This document shows, one piece after another, positions 45,690 through 57,462 of a stretch of 64,000 nucleotides of DNA. Numbering within the stretch: position 1 is the stretch's first letter; every line of letters starts with the position of its first letter. Where the stretch lies: the NCBI GenBank assembly GCA_964016885.1, contig OZ024742.1:83514001-83578000 (forward strand). Reading direction: 5' to 3'. The position numbers and the translations under genes are program-made. Source of the DNA: Eledone cirrhosa. Lineage: Eukaryota. The notes under the pieces were generated by a model. It did not search any database. It was not told the origin of the DNA and worked only from the letters and a program-made list of their open reading frames with translations.

Positions 45690-46555
45690 AATCATCTTGC
45701 TAGGGGTTTGTTCCTGGGTCTCATGCTGGTTGATTTTACCCGTAAAATCTGTCCAACGATTTCTTTCATGAGGCATTGTAACCATATGTCCCTATTATTG
45801 GAGCTGTTATCCCTCAATTTGGAGAAGTAGCGGCTCTCACTGGAGCGACTCTCTGATCTCCGAGTTACGCAACCTATCGAGTAACGTTTCACTAAAGACC
45901 TTTCGGAGAAATCCCATTTCGGCCGCTTGTACTGGCGATGAAAATTCTTTCGTTGATTATCCGTGATGCATAACTATAGATAAGGGCTACCACGAATACC
46001 GAAGTGAAGATAACGAGTTTGGCTTTTACGCCTTTCTCCCGTCTGGTCAATACTCACCAGCTCTTGTAATTATTAATTCAGCCCCCTGACTTCCATCACT
46101 CGTGAACATGTCACCGAGATAATTCAACTTCTCCACCTGCTTAAGAGGAACTCCAATCACAAGTAGAGTGAACTGCGCAGGCTTCCTAAAGAGGACGAGT
46201 GTCACATTCTTTGCAGCACTGATTTTTATTTTTGTGAAGCACTTGGCATGAAACCTATAGAGAGCATGTCGAAGATAACCTTCTAATAAGGAAAGTAATA
46301 TCATGTCTTCCGCAAATTACAGCCGTGATACTACACACGCCAGTCTCGATACCATTTCGAATGCAATCCTGTCCATGGATATAATAAATCCGAGAGGGAA
46401 CAGTACACACACTAAGCGGAATCTGACACCCACAATGAATGATTTCGATTTAGCACCATTTATACGAACAAAAATACTAAGGCATTCGTATGGAGACTTC
46501 AGGACATCAAGAAGGTCTCCATCGATCACATACTCCTGCAGAACCAGCCACATTG
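45690..46555 (-). mobile_element. Degenerate RTE-like LINE fragments
   Basis: WLVLQEYVIDG, VRING.KS..F.VGV, FAEDMILL, LKQVEKLNYLG. Confidence 0.75.
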
Positions 46556-46700
46556 TTTTGGGCTAAGATCAAAGTGTAGTATCTTTTCTTATCAGCTTAA
46601 TATCTGATATTTTAATAATATAGGAACTGTTTACATGCTAAGATGATAGAGTTTGCTCCAGCTTTGCTCCCGGTTGAATTCAATACAGGTTAACCGTTTT
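46556..46700 (+). pseudogene. U2: U2 snRNA pseudogene, 5'-clipped, degenerate 3' half
   Basis: ggctaagatcaaagtgtagtatcttttcttatcagcttaatatctgata (46561-46609) matches the U2 5' domain including the GUAGUA branch-site pairing motif. gagtttgctcc lies downstream. No intact Sm site. Confidence 0.85.
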
Positions 46701-46894
46701 TGAAAGTGTTGAGTATATTACAGACGATTCAGAGACCACGTAGAACATTTATTTTTTGCTTTCTTTCTAATATCGTCTCCATAGATTTTTTCCGTGTTTG
46801 TTATGAAACATATGATAGTCTAATTTGAATTTCAGATGTACAGTGTTGTACGTCGTGTGACATTCACACACACACACACACACATATACATATA

Positions 46895-48390
46895 TATGTC
46901 CCTCCAAATCTGATATTGGAATAATTAGCAAAAGAATTTTGGATAGAGTCATCCCACAAATAAGAAAACACGTTAATTTACCACTCTGGGAAAACACTTC
47001 CCAGGTAATTAACTGGTTTAAAAATATTAGATGTAAATCTTCTGCTTCATTTCTACAATTTGATATAGATAATTACTATTCTTCTATATCACCTATACTA
47101 CTATTCTTCTATATCACCTATACTCCTGAACAAAGCACTGATATTTGCTAAAAATAGATCTACCAACCTTACCATAAACCCAACCAAATCTTACACTACA
47201 TACACTCACAATCTAATCACCCTAAATCTATCCTTAAAAACCTTGCATATAATATATCACTTAGAATTTCTAACCTTTCTTCTAACCAAGATGTATTTGA
47301 TAAAAATGCGACCTTCTATAACGAAGCTCTAGATAGAAGTGGCCACAAAAATAGATTAGAATATATACCTTCTACTAAAAATACTATAAACATACAACCT
47401 AATATTACCAACAAACACCAAATGAAAAGTACACACCTAAATGCCACCCACACTATACCCCAAAATACCAACAACTCTTCTAATATAAAGTATAGTAACT
47501 CTCAAAAAACTACTCATCATACAACTCTAATAAATGTTAATAATAAAACCCCTAATAAACAAGATAAAACACCTAAATCTATAAATCTAACTAAAAATGT
47601 GCGTGGTGAGATCATTAACATTAATCCTCCTAGTAAACATCACGATACAACCTATAAAAATAATAAACAACATAGAAACCGTAATAGACGAGTTACTTGG
47701 TATAATGCTCCATTTAATTTACAAATTAAGGGTAATATTGCTAAAAAAATGTTTTATATCCTAGAGAAAAACTTCCCGCCAAACCACAAATACCATCAAA
47801 TCTTAAATAGGTCTACAGTTAAATTCTCATACTCAACAACCAATAACATAAAACAAAATATAAGTGCCTATAATGCATATAAATGTAAGAATACCATAAG
47901 TATACCACCAATACATCAAACTAACCATAATATCTCCTCAAATACAGAATTAACGAAAGGTTGTAACTGTAGAAACAAAGCAAACTGCCCATTAAAAGGA
48001 AATTGTCTTGTTAACAACATAGTTTATAAATGTAATGTTAAAACTAAAGATTCTATTTGCTCATATATAGGAGCTACTTCTAACAATTTTAAGGTAAGGT
48101 TTAATACCCACAAACATAGTTTTAAAAATGCCGCACTGGCTAATACAACATCTCTAGCAGAAAAAATCAATAGTTATAAAAATAAGAATATAGAATATGA
48201 TATGACCTGGAGTGTGCTCAAAAGAGCCACCCCTTATCAAAATAATAGAAATGAATGTACATTATGTTCCCAAGAACTATTTGAAATAATGAAATCTAAG
48301 GATATCCTATTAAATAAACGACAGGAATTAATTATATCGTGTAATCATAAACTAAGAAAAACATTTAAATATTATAAACCTAATTAATAA
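46895..48390 (+). mobile_element. Penelope-like element (RT remnant + GIY-YIG endonuclease), RT core deleted
   Basis: FLQFDIDNYYSSI and YIHSQSNHP. ORF 47422-48387 has WYNAPF and CNCR...CPLKGNC..IVYKC...YIGAT...FKVRFNTH. Confidence 0.88.
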
Positions 48391-48862
48391 CATTATTTTA
48401 GAAATTAATATATAATTTAATTTAAATGTTAGTTAACCTATAAATTTAATTTAATTAAAATTCTACTACAGATGAGATTATAAAATATTGTGTAATCATA
48501 AATTGTGAAAAACTTTTAAATATTACTAATATATACTTCGTAAATTAATTTATAGATTAATTTTAATTTATTTAACCTTTTATTAAAATTCCTTTACAGA
48601 TTAAATATAACAAAATATCGTGTATTCAATGACAGAGAAATATTTTTTAATATTATAGACCTAATTATCGTACATTTTAGAAATATATTTATAATTTGGT
48701 TTTAATTTGGTTAACCTAAAAATTTAATTTAATTGGCTTAAAATTAAAATCCTAATACAGATGGATTGCAGAGTGTCATGTAATCATAGACTGAGATAGG
48801 TTTTGGATGTATACCTAGTTAATATATTCTTTGCAATTTTTGAAAAAATATGTATATATATA

Positions 48863-48959
<97 letters not shown>

Positions 48960-49370
48960 GTATATATATGTGTATATATTAATTTTAATTTCTGTTTACC
49001 TATAATTATATTCTACTATAGATAAAATACAATATCTGTTTTAATTATTATAAACCTAATTAACATATACTATAGAAATTAATATATAATTTTTAATTTA
49101 GTTAACCTATAATTTATATTCTACTACCGATGTAATACTTTATTTGGTTTTTTTCCCTATTACTAAATTTTTTTCCCTATTACTAAATTCATTTCCTAAT
49201 ATTGATACCATAACGTTAATAATTTTAATTTAGTTACACTATAATTAATACTCTACTACTATTTAACTTCAAAATTCCGCTTCAAATATTATAAACCTAA
49301 GTAGTATACACCTTAGAAATCAATATATTAACTATCTTTAATTTAGTTAACCTATAATTAATAGTCTACT
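48335..49370 (+). repeat. Degenerate ~130-160-bp AT-rich tandem repeat starting in the Penelope ORF end
   Basis: tgtaatcata / tattataaacctaatta / tagttaacctataa / tacagatg blocks recur from ~48340, ~48490, ~48620 and ~48780, and again at 49045-49370. Confidence 0.6.
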
Positions 49371-49811
49371 TATATTAAAATGCATAATTTTGCCTTCTTT
49401 CTTATATTTCCTAATACTGAAACTACTATGTAAACACATATTATGGTCTAAATGCAGATTAATATTCTATGTTTCTTGAAACCTATATTTACTATAATCC
49501 CCTCCCCCCCCTGTTATTATTTGTATTTGTAGGCGTGGATGTATGTATGTATATGTAGGTAGGTATGTATGTTTGGGTGTTTGTATGTGAGTATAAAAAT
49601 ACATATGTGCGCATGTAAATAAGGGTGTATGATTGTGTGTATATATGTATATATATATATATATATATATGTGTATATATATGTATATATATATATATGT
49701 ATCTATGTATTTATGTGGGTATATGTGTGTATGTATATGTATGCGCATATATACGTCTATGTGTATATGTGTGTATGTGTATATATGTACGTATGTGCGC
49801 ATGTATATGTG

Positions 49812-49857
<46 letters not shown>

Positions 49858-49859
<2 letters not shown>

Positions 49860-50154
49860 CGATATTGAATGAATGGAGGCTGTATTTGTAGGGCCATGTT
49901 TGTTTCATTATATATGTTTCAGGGATGTCATATTGACGATGTGTTGTGCCTTCTTCAGACAAAATACAATATAGACAGTTTTATAAATAAATAGATTTGA
50001 CATACCGTTCAACATCGACTTGTATTTGAAAAGTTGATTTGGCAGTATTTTGTCTGAGGAAGGCATAACATATTGTTAGTGTGATGTCCCTGAGGTATGT
50101 ATGATGAAATAGATATGGTTTTGTAGATGTAGTTTCCATTTATTTAGTATCGTA
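49858..50154 (+). repeat. 110-bp inverted repeat with only G-T mismatches; contains a Penelope-type hammerhead
   Basis: Arms 49858-49967 and 50045-50154: 80 Watson-Crick pairs, 30 G-T pairs, 77-nt loop. Confidence 0.95.
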
Positions 50155-50240
50155 AATATACTCCAAATACTTGTTGAGTGCTTTTATATCAGTTATAAAT
50201 ATTTACTAGTTGTAACCCAACAATTTAAGTATAACTTTCC

Positions 50241-50308
50241 ATATATATATATATATATATATATTTGTAGTTGATGTGTGTATGTGTATATATATATGTA
50301 TGTATATG

Positions 50309-50373
<65 letters not shown>

Positions 50374-50463
50374 GTGTGTATATGTATGTGTGTGCATATT
50401 TGTCTGACTGTGTGTATTAATTTATTTATTTATTTATTTATTTTATTTATTTATTTTTATATA

Positions 50464-50560
<97 letters not shown>

Positions 50561-50876
50561 GTGTGTGTATATATATGTATGTGTGTATGTGTGTGTATGT
50601 ATATGTGTGTGTGTGTATGTGTGTATATATTTATATGTGTATATGTATCTCTATTTATATATGTATATATGTGTATGTATATCCCTTTATTTATGTATGT
50701 CTGAGTTGTGTAAGCATGTGGTTGTGTTTGTATGTGTATACACATACATGGATGTGTATGTATGTGTATATATGCGTATATGTATGTGTGTATGTGTGTG
50801 TGTGTATATATGTATATCTATGTATGAGTATGTATGTGTATGTATGTGTATATATATATATGTGTATATATATATA

Positions 50877-50909
<33 letters not shown>

Positions 50910-50981
50910 TTATTATATTATATGTGTATGTGTATATATATATATATATCTTTGTATGTGTGTATGTGTATATGTGTGTAT

Positions 50982-51028
<47 letters not shown>

Positions 51029-51082
51029 GGTATGTATATGTATGTGTGTATATACATGAGTGTATTTATATATGTGTATAGA

Positions 51083-51147
<65 letters not shown>

Positions 51148-51332
51148 TGTGAATGTATATATATATCTATGTGTGTATATGTATATATATATGTGTGTAT
51201 ATATGTATATGTCTATGTATTTATATGTGTATATGTATGTGTCTCTATATGTATGCGTGTGTGTATGTGTATATGTATTTATATGGTGTGTGTATGTATA
51301 TGTATGTGTATGTATGTGTTTATGTATATGTG

Positions 51333-51376
<44 letters not shown>

Positions 51377-51424
51377 TATATGTATATGTATGTATATCGA
51401 TGTATATTTTATATTTTACTTGTT

Positions 51425-51490
<66 letters not shown>
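50241..51490. repeat. Long degenerate (TA)n/(TG)n tract
   Basis: Directly visible; G-rich and C-poor on the + strand. Confidence 0.95.
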
Positions 51491-51494
<4 letters not shown>

Positions 51495-51539
51495 CTTAAT
51501 ATTTTTCTTTTTTCTTTTTCTTTTTATTTCTAAATTTAT

Positions 51540-52614
51540 AGATACATTTATAAATAGGCAGTTTGCTGACACCACTAAATACTGACCAATCTTATCTCGA
51601 CTTCATCTCATCCCATTCAACCCACACCAAACACTCCATACCCTATTCCCAATTCCTCCGTCTTCGTCGACTCTGTAGCCAGGACGACGATTTCGAAACC
51701 CATTCCCTTCGCATGGCTTCCTGCTTGATCCAGCGTGGATATCCCCCCACCTTTGTCCAAGCTGCTCTCACCCGCGCCCGTGAAACACACCGCACCACAG
51801 CCCTCTCACCTCACCACCGCCCTCCCAACACCCGTGTTCCTTTCCCTCTCACCTACCACCCCAGCACCCTACCACTCCGGCGACATATCCGCCGTTCCTT
51901 CCGTATCCTTTCTTCTGACCCCGTTACTTCTCGCTTTTTTTCCAAACCCACCCATTATTGCTTTTACCCGCAACCTCCGTGACCTCCCGGTTCGCAGTTC
52001 CTTTTCGTCCTCTCCCACGACTCCACCCGGCTCTCATCCTTGTTCCCGTTCCCTCTGCAACACTTGTCTCTTTATTTCCACCCTCATCATTCTTACAGGT
52101 CCTAACGGGTCTTTCCGTATCCGCCATTCCTTCACCTGCACCTCCGGTGTTCCCTTTGCGGGTCTTTATATATCGGACAAATGGGACGCCGTATGGCGGA
52201 CCGTTTTGCCGAACATTTGAGAGACATCAAACTCGGTTTGGATACTCCTGTCGCCCGTCATTTCTGTTCTCCTGGTCATTCTTCCCAACATGTTTCAGTC
52301 CTGGGTGTCCTTTTACATCATGGATCACAGGCCTCGCGCACCAGGACTGAACAAATTCTGAATCACCGCCTTGGGTCCTATTCCCCACTTGGACTCAACT
52401 CACCTGCCCAATTTCTCTAATACCTCGTCCATTATCACACCTCTAGATTCCCATCGCTTTCTCTTGATCATTAGCAGCTTCTCTTACATGCCGATACACA
52501 CCCTTATATTAACATACTTTTGCTCATAGCTTCGTACTTACATGCACACGCTCTCTTTTACTCACATATACACACACATTTCTTCTTAGCTTCATACACA
52601 CACACACACACACA

Positions 52615-52688
<74 letters not shown>

Positions 52689-53037
52689 CTTACGCACGTG
52701 CTGAAGTATAGCTCATTTTTACAAAACGGTTTTTTTTTTCCATTTCAGGTAGACGCGCTCCATCAACCACTTTTCTAAAGAACAAATCATACACAAAACG
52801 CCTGCACCAACAGTTTTGCAAGAGATGTCAACATGAATGGACCTGTTATTTTTATCTAAAGGCATTTTTACAATTCCATCCCGCCCGTCACCTCAATCTA
52901 TTTTATTTCTCATTCTTTCTTCTGATGAAGGACTAGCGTCCGAAACGTTAAGACCCTCTTCCTGCTATATCAAGCGTTAACCTAATATATACCTTCCATA
53001 TACAGTACCGATTGTGTTGTTATTTCTGTTTACCTTT

Positions 53038-53040
<3 letters not shown>
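51540..53040 (+). mobile_element. 5'-truncated Penelope-like element (Neptune-like) ending in (TA)n
   Basis: SYLDF.SSH..HTKHSIPYSQFLRLRRLCS...RGYP; LYIGQMGRRMADRFAEHLRDIK..PVARHF (GIY-YIG); 3' hammerhead. Confidence 0.9.
52918..52953 (+). ncRNA. Minimal type I hammerhead of a Penelope pLTR
   Basis: tctt-CTGATGA-a-ggac(tagc)gtcc-GAA-acgt-T-aaga; palindromic helix III. Confidence 0.75.
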
Positions 53041-53071
<31 letters not shown>

Positions 53072-54128
53072 GAATGTGTTTGGAACGCGGTAAGCAAAGT
53101 TTTAGAATTGAAATAGAAATAGAAGCGTTGCACTAACATTGACTACACAATATAATCTAATAATGAGGCGCATAACCCACTGAGCGAAAAAAGATGGGTA
53201 ACAGAAAATAAGGGAAGCGAACCCACACCTCTCGTTATGCCAATGAACCCAACCAGCTTTTTCCGTTATTTTTAGAAGCTATAACTTAATGGTGATATGT
53301 AAACGAAGGAAATATGCTTTGAACGTAGCGACTGAATTTTTAGAATTGAAATAAAAATAGAAGCCGCGCCTTAACATTGACTGTATATCTAAACTATAAT
53401 AAAGGAAGGTATGTGGGACTGCGTACGGTTTATTTCTTTTAATCCACTTAGTAAAATAAGTTGAATTACTTTGAATGAATATTACATAATTTATGTACTA
53501 AATTTCGTAATCATAAATAATTTCGTAAAAATAAATAATTTAAAATTGACTTCTTTTCAAAGTTGCACTTCCGGTATATCGTCGCCACCACCACCACTTC
53601 AACTACCATATAAATAGAAAGAGAGAGTGTGTGATGAGAGAGATAGAGAGATTATGATTTTCTACACACTATTATGTGTATATATAACTATAATCACGCA
53701 AACACAAACTTATAAAAATACACCCTCACGGACATAATTCACACAAATACACATACATTCACACATACTTTCATACAAACATACATACATTCACACATAA
53801 ATTTACACAAATACACACATAGTCATAATAGCAGCGTTCGGTGAAATGGAAATGGGCGGGTAAAACAAGTATAAATAAATAAAACGTTTTATTTATTTAT
53901 TAACTCTTTATTTATTTATTAACTCTTTTTTTTTAAACTCATTTAATTTAATGGTTACAGAACGAAAACACTAACAAATATAATATATACAAAGGAAAGG
54001 GAAAGAAAAAAGAAAAGAGAAATAATACACATCTTAGGCCACAGAACAATATGCAGGCGAAAGAGTGGGTAATAAGCCGCTACCAGAGCAAAAGATAGCA
54101 ATATAGCGAGGAGCACTGGGAAACCTCT

Positions 54129-54545
54129 CTAATAATTTTTGAGGCAGGCCAGAACGCTCGCAGCGTTACTTGAGGTGATGGCGAGGCTGAGGTGCTGGAA
54201 CAACCAAGTACCCTCACGAGCATCACCAGTTACTTCTGTCAGTAGCCCGACTCCCCCAAACGTCTGGAACGCCACAGGCTGGATAATGTAGTTAGCTGAC
54301 AGAACACGGTATTTTAGGATTTTGTTCCATTCAGCTGCGGATGCTGTAGCTCTCACCCTTACCGCAGCATCCAGAATGTGGGAAGAAGCAAAAGAGTCAC
54401 TAACTGTGACGTCCCAGGTAAGGCACCTGCCTCTTGACCAGGAGCACAGAGTAAGACCGTCAAGTATTTTCCCATCAATTCAGGACAACCCAGACGGTTC
54501 CAAAATTGAGGGGATGTTTGCCCGGGCCAAAGCTCTTGGGTGGTA
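54129..54545 (-). mobile_element. CRE-like non-LTR retrotransposon, RLE fragment
   Basis: DGLTLCSWSRGRCLTWDVTVSD; AEWNKILKY; QPVAFQTFGG; LFQHLSLAI..NAASVL. Confidence 0.8.
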
Positions 54546-54699
54546 ATAGGACAGTGTGTATGTACGCGCGCGTGAGTTTGTGGCGTCCTTAAATTAGAGA
54601 CACGTGTGTGTGTCACTGTTTTTAAGTTAGACATATATATGTGTGTGTATCCCTTTCCTTCCTATTACACATACATACATTCACACAAACACACAAACA

Positions 54700-55072
54700 C
54701 ATTGCATGGTGGACAGGTGGACAGAAGTCCTCAAATTTATATACATGTGAATGGAGTTCTACTGAAGCAGTTAGAGAAATTCAAGTATCTTGGAGCCGTA
54801 TTCAAGAGTGATGGAATGCAATAGGATGAATTAAGTGCAAGAATTGCAAAAGCTGATGCAGTAATGCGCCACCCTCAGCATTCAGCAATCAGATGAAGGG
54901 GGCTAAGTGTAAAAGCCAAACTCGCTGTCTTCCTGGTATTCCTGCCAATTCTCACTGGGATCATGAATCTTGAGTAATGACCAAAAGAATACAATTGCAA
55001 ATAAAAGTGGCAGAAATGGGATTCCTCCGAAAGGTCTTTGGAGTAACGTTACTCGATAAAGTGCATAGCTCA
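54700..55072 (+). mobile_element. RTE-like RT fragment
   Basis: LKQLEKFKYLGAVFKSDG..DELSARIAKA. Confidence 0.75.
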
Positions 55073-55079
55073 GACCAGT

Positions 55080-56390
55080 TAATAAATAATGTGGGTAAAA
55101 TGGTGGGTAAAATTATTAATGTGGGTAAATTGTGGGTAAAATGATTATTGTGTGTAGTGGTAGGTAAAATGATTTTTTGGGGTAAAAGGTGGGTAAAATA
55201 ATTATTGTGGGTAAAATGTGGGTAAAATGATTATTGTGGGTAAAATGGTGGGTAAAATAATTATTATGGATAAATGGTAGTTAAAAATTATTAATGTGGG
55301 TAAAATAGTAAGTACAATAATTATTGTGGGTAAAATGGTGGATAAATAATTATTGTGGGTAAAATGATTATTGTGGGTAAAATTGTGGGTAAAATAACCC
55401 CCCCCCCCCGGATAAAAATGGACCCCCCTCCCCTCAAATAAAGACGGATTTGCCCCAAATAAAAAACGGATCCTCTCCAAATAAAAACGGATCCCACCCC
55501 CAAATAAAAAAATCGACCCAACCCACTACAAAAAACGGATCCCCCCAAATAAAAAACGGACCCCACAAATAAAAAACGCCCCCCCCCCTATAAAAAACGG
55601 ATCCCCCCAAATAAAAAACGGATCCCCCCCCCCAATAAAAACAGATCCCCCCGAATAAAAAACGGATTCCCCCGAATAAAAAAGGGATCCACCCCAAATA
55701 AAAACGGATCCCTCAAATAAAAAACGCCCCCCCCCACCCACAATAAAAAAAGTATTATGGTGGGTAAAATAATTATTGTTGTAAAATGGTGGGTAAAACA
55801 ATTATTGTGGGTAAAGTGGTGGGTAAAATGATTATTGTGGGTAAAGTGGTAGGTAAAATAATTATTGTGGGTAAAGTGGTGGGTAAATGTTTATTGTGGG
55901 TAGTGGTAGGTAAAATAATTAGTGTGGCTAAAATTATGGGTAAAATAATTATTGTGGGCAAAGTGGTGGGTAAAATTATTATTGTGGGTAAAGTTGTAGG
56001 TAAAATAATTATTGTGGGTAAAGTGGTGGGTAAAATGATTATTGTGGGTAAAGTGGTGGGTAAAATGTTTATTGTGGGTAGTGGTAGGTAAAATAATTAG
56101 TGTGGTAAAATGGTGGGTAAAATAATTGTTTCTACTTTTGGCACAAGGCCAGCAATTATAACAGTGTATTACTGGTACTTTATTTTATCGACCCCGTAAG
56201 GATGAAAGGCAAGTTAACCTCGGCGGGATTTGAACTCAGTCCGTAAAGGGACGTAACTGTGCTGCAAAGCATCCGACCCTCTACCGATACTGCCAATCCA
56301 CCGCCCTAATGGTGGGTAAAATAATAATATTGGGTAAAATTGTGGGTAAAATAATGATAGTGGGTAAACGGGTAGGTAAACGGGTGGGTG
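55080..56390. repeat. 30-bp minisatellite (attattgtgggtaaagtggtgggtaaaata) with a nested ~22-bp array (ccccccaaataaaaaacggat, 55397-55750)
   Basis: Directly visible periodicity. Confidence 0.92.
56121..56307 (-). mobile_element. SINE inserted in the minisatellite, 18-bp TSD
   Basis: Reverse complement of the 2178 family; aatggtgggtaaaataat at 56109-56126 and 56308-56325. Confidence 0.9.
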
Positions 56391-56814
56391 AAATCCAGAA
56401 AGGGAGAAAGAAGTGGAGTAAAGGGGGTAGGGAAAGAATGGGTTGGAAGAGGCAGAAGTGGAAGAAGGGGAGGAAAAATATCAAGGGAAGGAAGGATGGG
56501 AAAGAGGAGGGAAGATTGCAGGTTAAAGAAATAGGGAAAGAGAGGTTAAAAAATGGGAAAAGTAGGGAAGAGGGGTAAAGAGGGATACGAAGTGTGAAAG
56601 TTTGGGAAGAGGCGGAAAATGGTGTAATGAGGGAGAATCAACACCACGAGGTCACGTAAAGTGATATGTGTTTCTTTCACAAGAAATTTGAAGCAAAAGA
56701 TACCAAGTAACCATGTAACTTCAATAGCTCTTCTTCATCGACTCCGGGAGAAACGCTAGGACCAACCACAAATAAACACCCTGGTGGTCGGCAAACATGA
56801 TCAACTGTCCTGTA

Positions 56815-57462
56815 TGTCTATGATCAGATCTCCAGTCAGATTCTTAATCGACACAGAGGTACAAGTTAATGACATCCCGGCATCTACAAACGACCTCCGT
56901 TATAGAGTGGGGAGTCAGTGGCAGCTGCCAATGATTCTACAATCAAAGCTTACAGATACCGTACTCTCTCCCTCCACAGAGGCTCACAGTAATATACATG
57001 GACATTCACCATCGCTGATACCCATCAGCCTATCATTGGAGCAGACTTCCTTCGGGCTCACTCACTGCTGGTCGATAATCAGAGGAGACGACTCGTCAAT
57101 AGCAGTAAGTATGCCTCTGTTTCTCTGGCAAAATCTGCACGTGTGACTTTTCATATATCAAACGTCTCTGGGACCAATAACGAATTCCCGTTGAATTACC
57201 TGAAACTCATTATCATGACATCTCCCAATCCACAACTCACCACAGAATAAAGCACCACATTCCAACCATCAGTTCTCCAGTACACAACCGTGTATTTCAT
57301 CTTCCACCAGACAAATTTGCTATTGTGAAGGTCAAATTTGACAAAATGGAAGCTTTAGGCATCGTTCATCGATCAAACCGTCCCTGGTCTTCACCTCTAC
57401 ACGAAGCGCCAGAACCCAATAGAGCTTGGTGACCCAGCAGGGATTATCGCTGTCTTAACAAA
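56815..57462 (+). mobile_element. Gypsy/Ty3 pol relic (protease to RT start)
   Basis: FLIDT, PIIGADFL, IKHHIPT, LGIVHRSNRPWSSPLH, DYRCLN; frameshifts and stops. Confidence 0.85.

Noticed and set aside
53078-53382. Imperfect ~65-bp direct repeat about 240 bp apart
   Set aside because: Real but diverged, with no ribozyme core or termini to assign.
55397-55750. CRISPR-like periodicity
   Set aside because: No unique spacers and no cas genes; a simple minisatellite in eukaryotic DNA.
55786-56091. IIVGKVVGK repeat ORF and telomere-like GGGTAA
   Set aside because: Translation of the 30-bp minisatellite; not a TTAGGG array.
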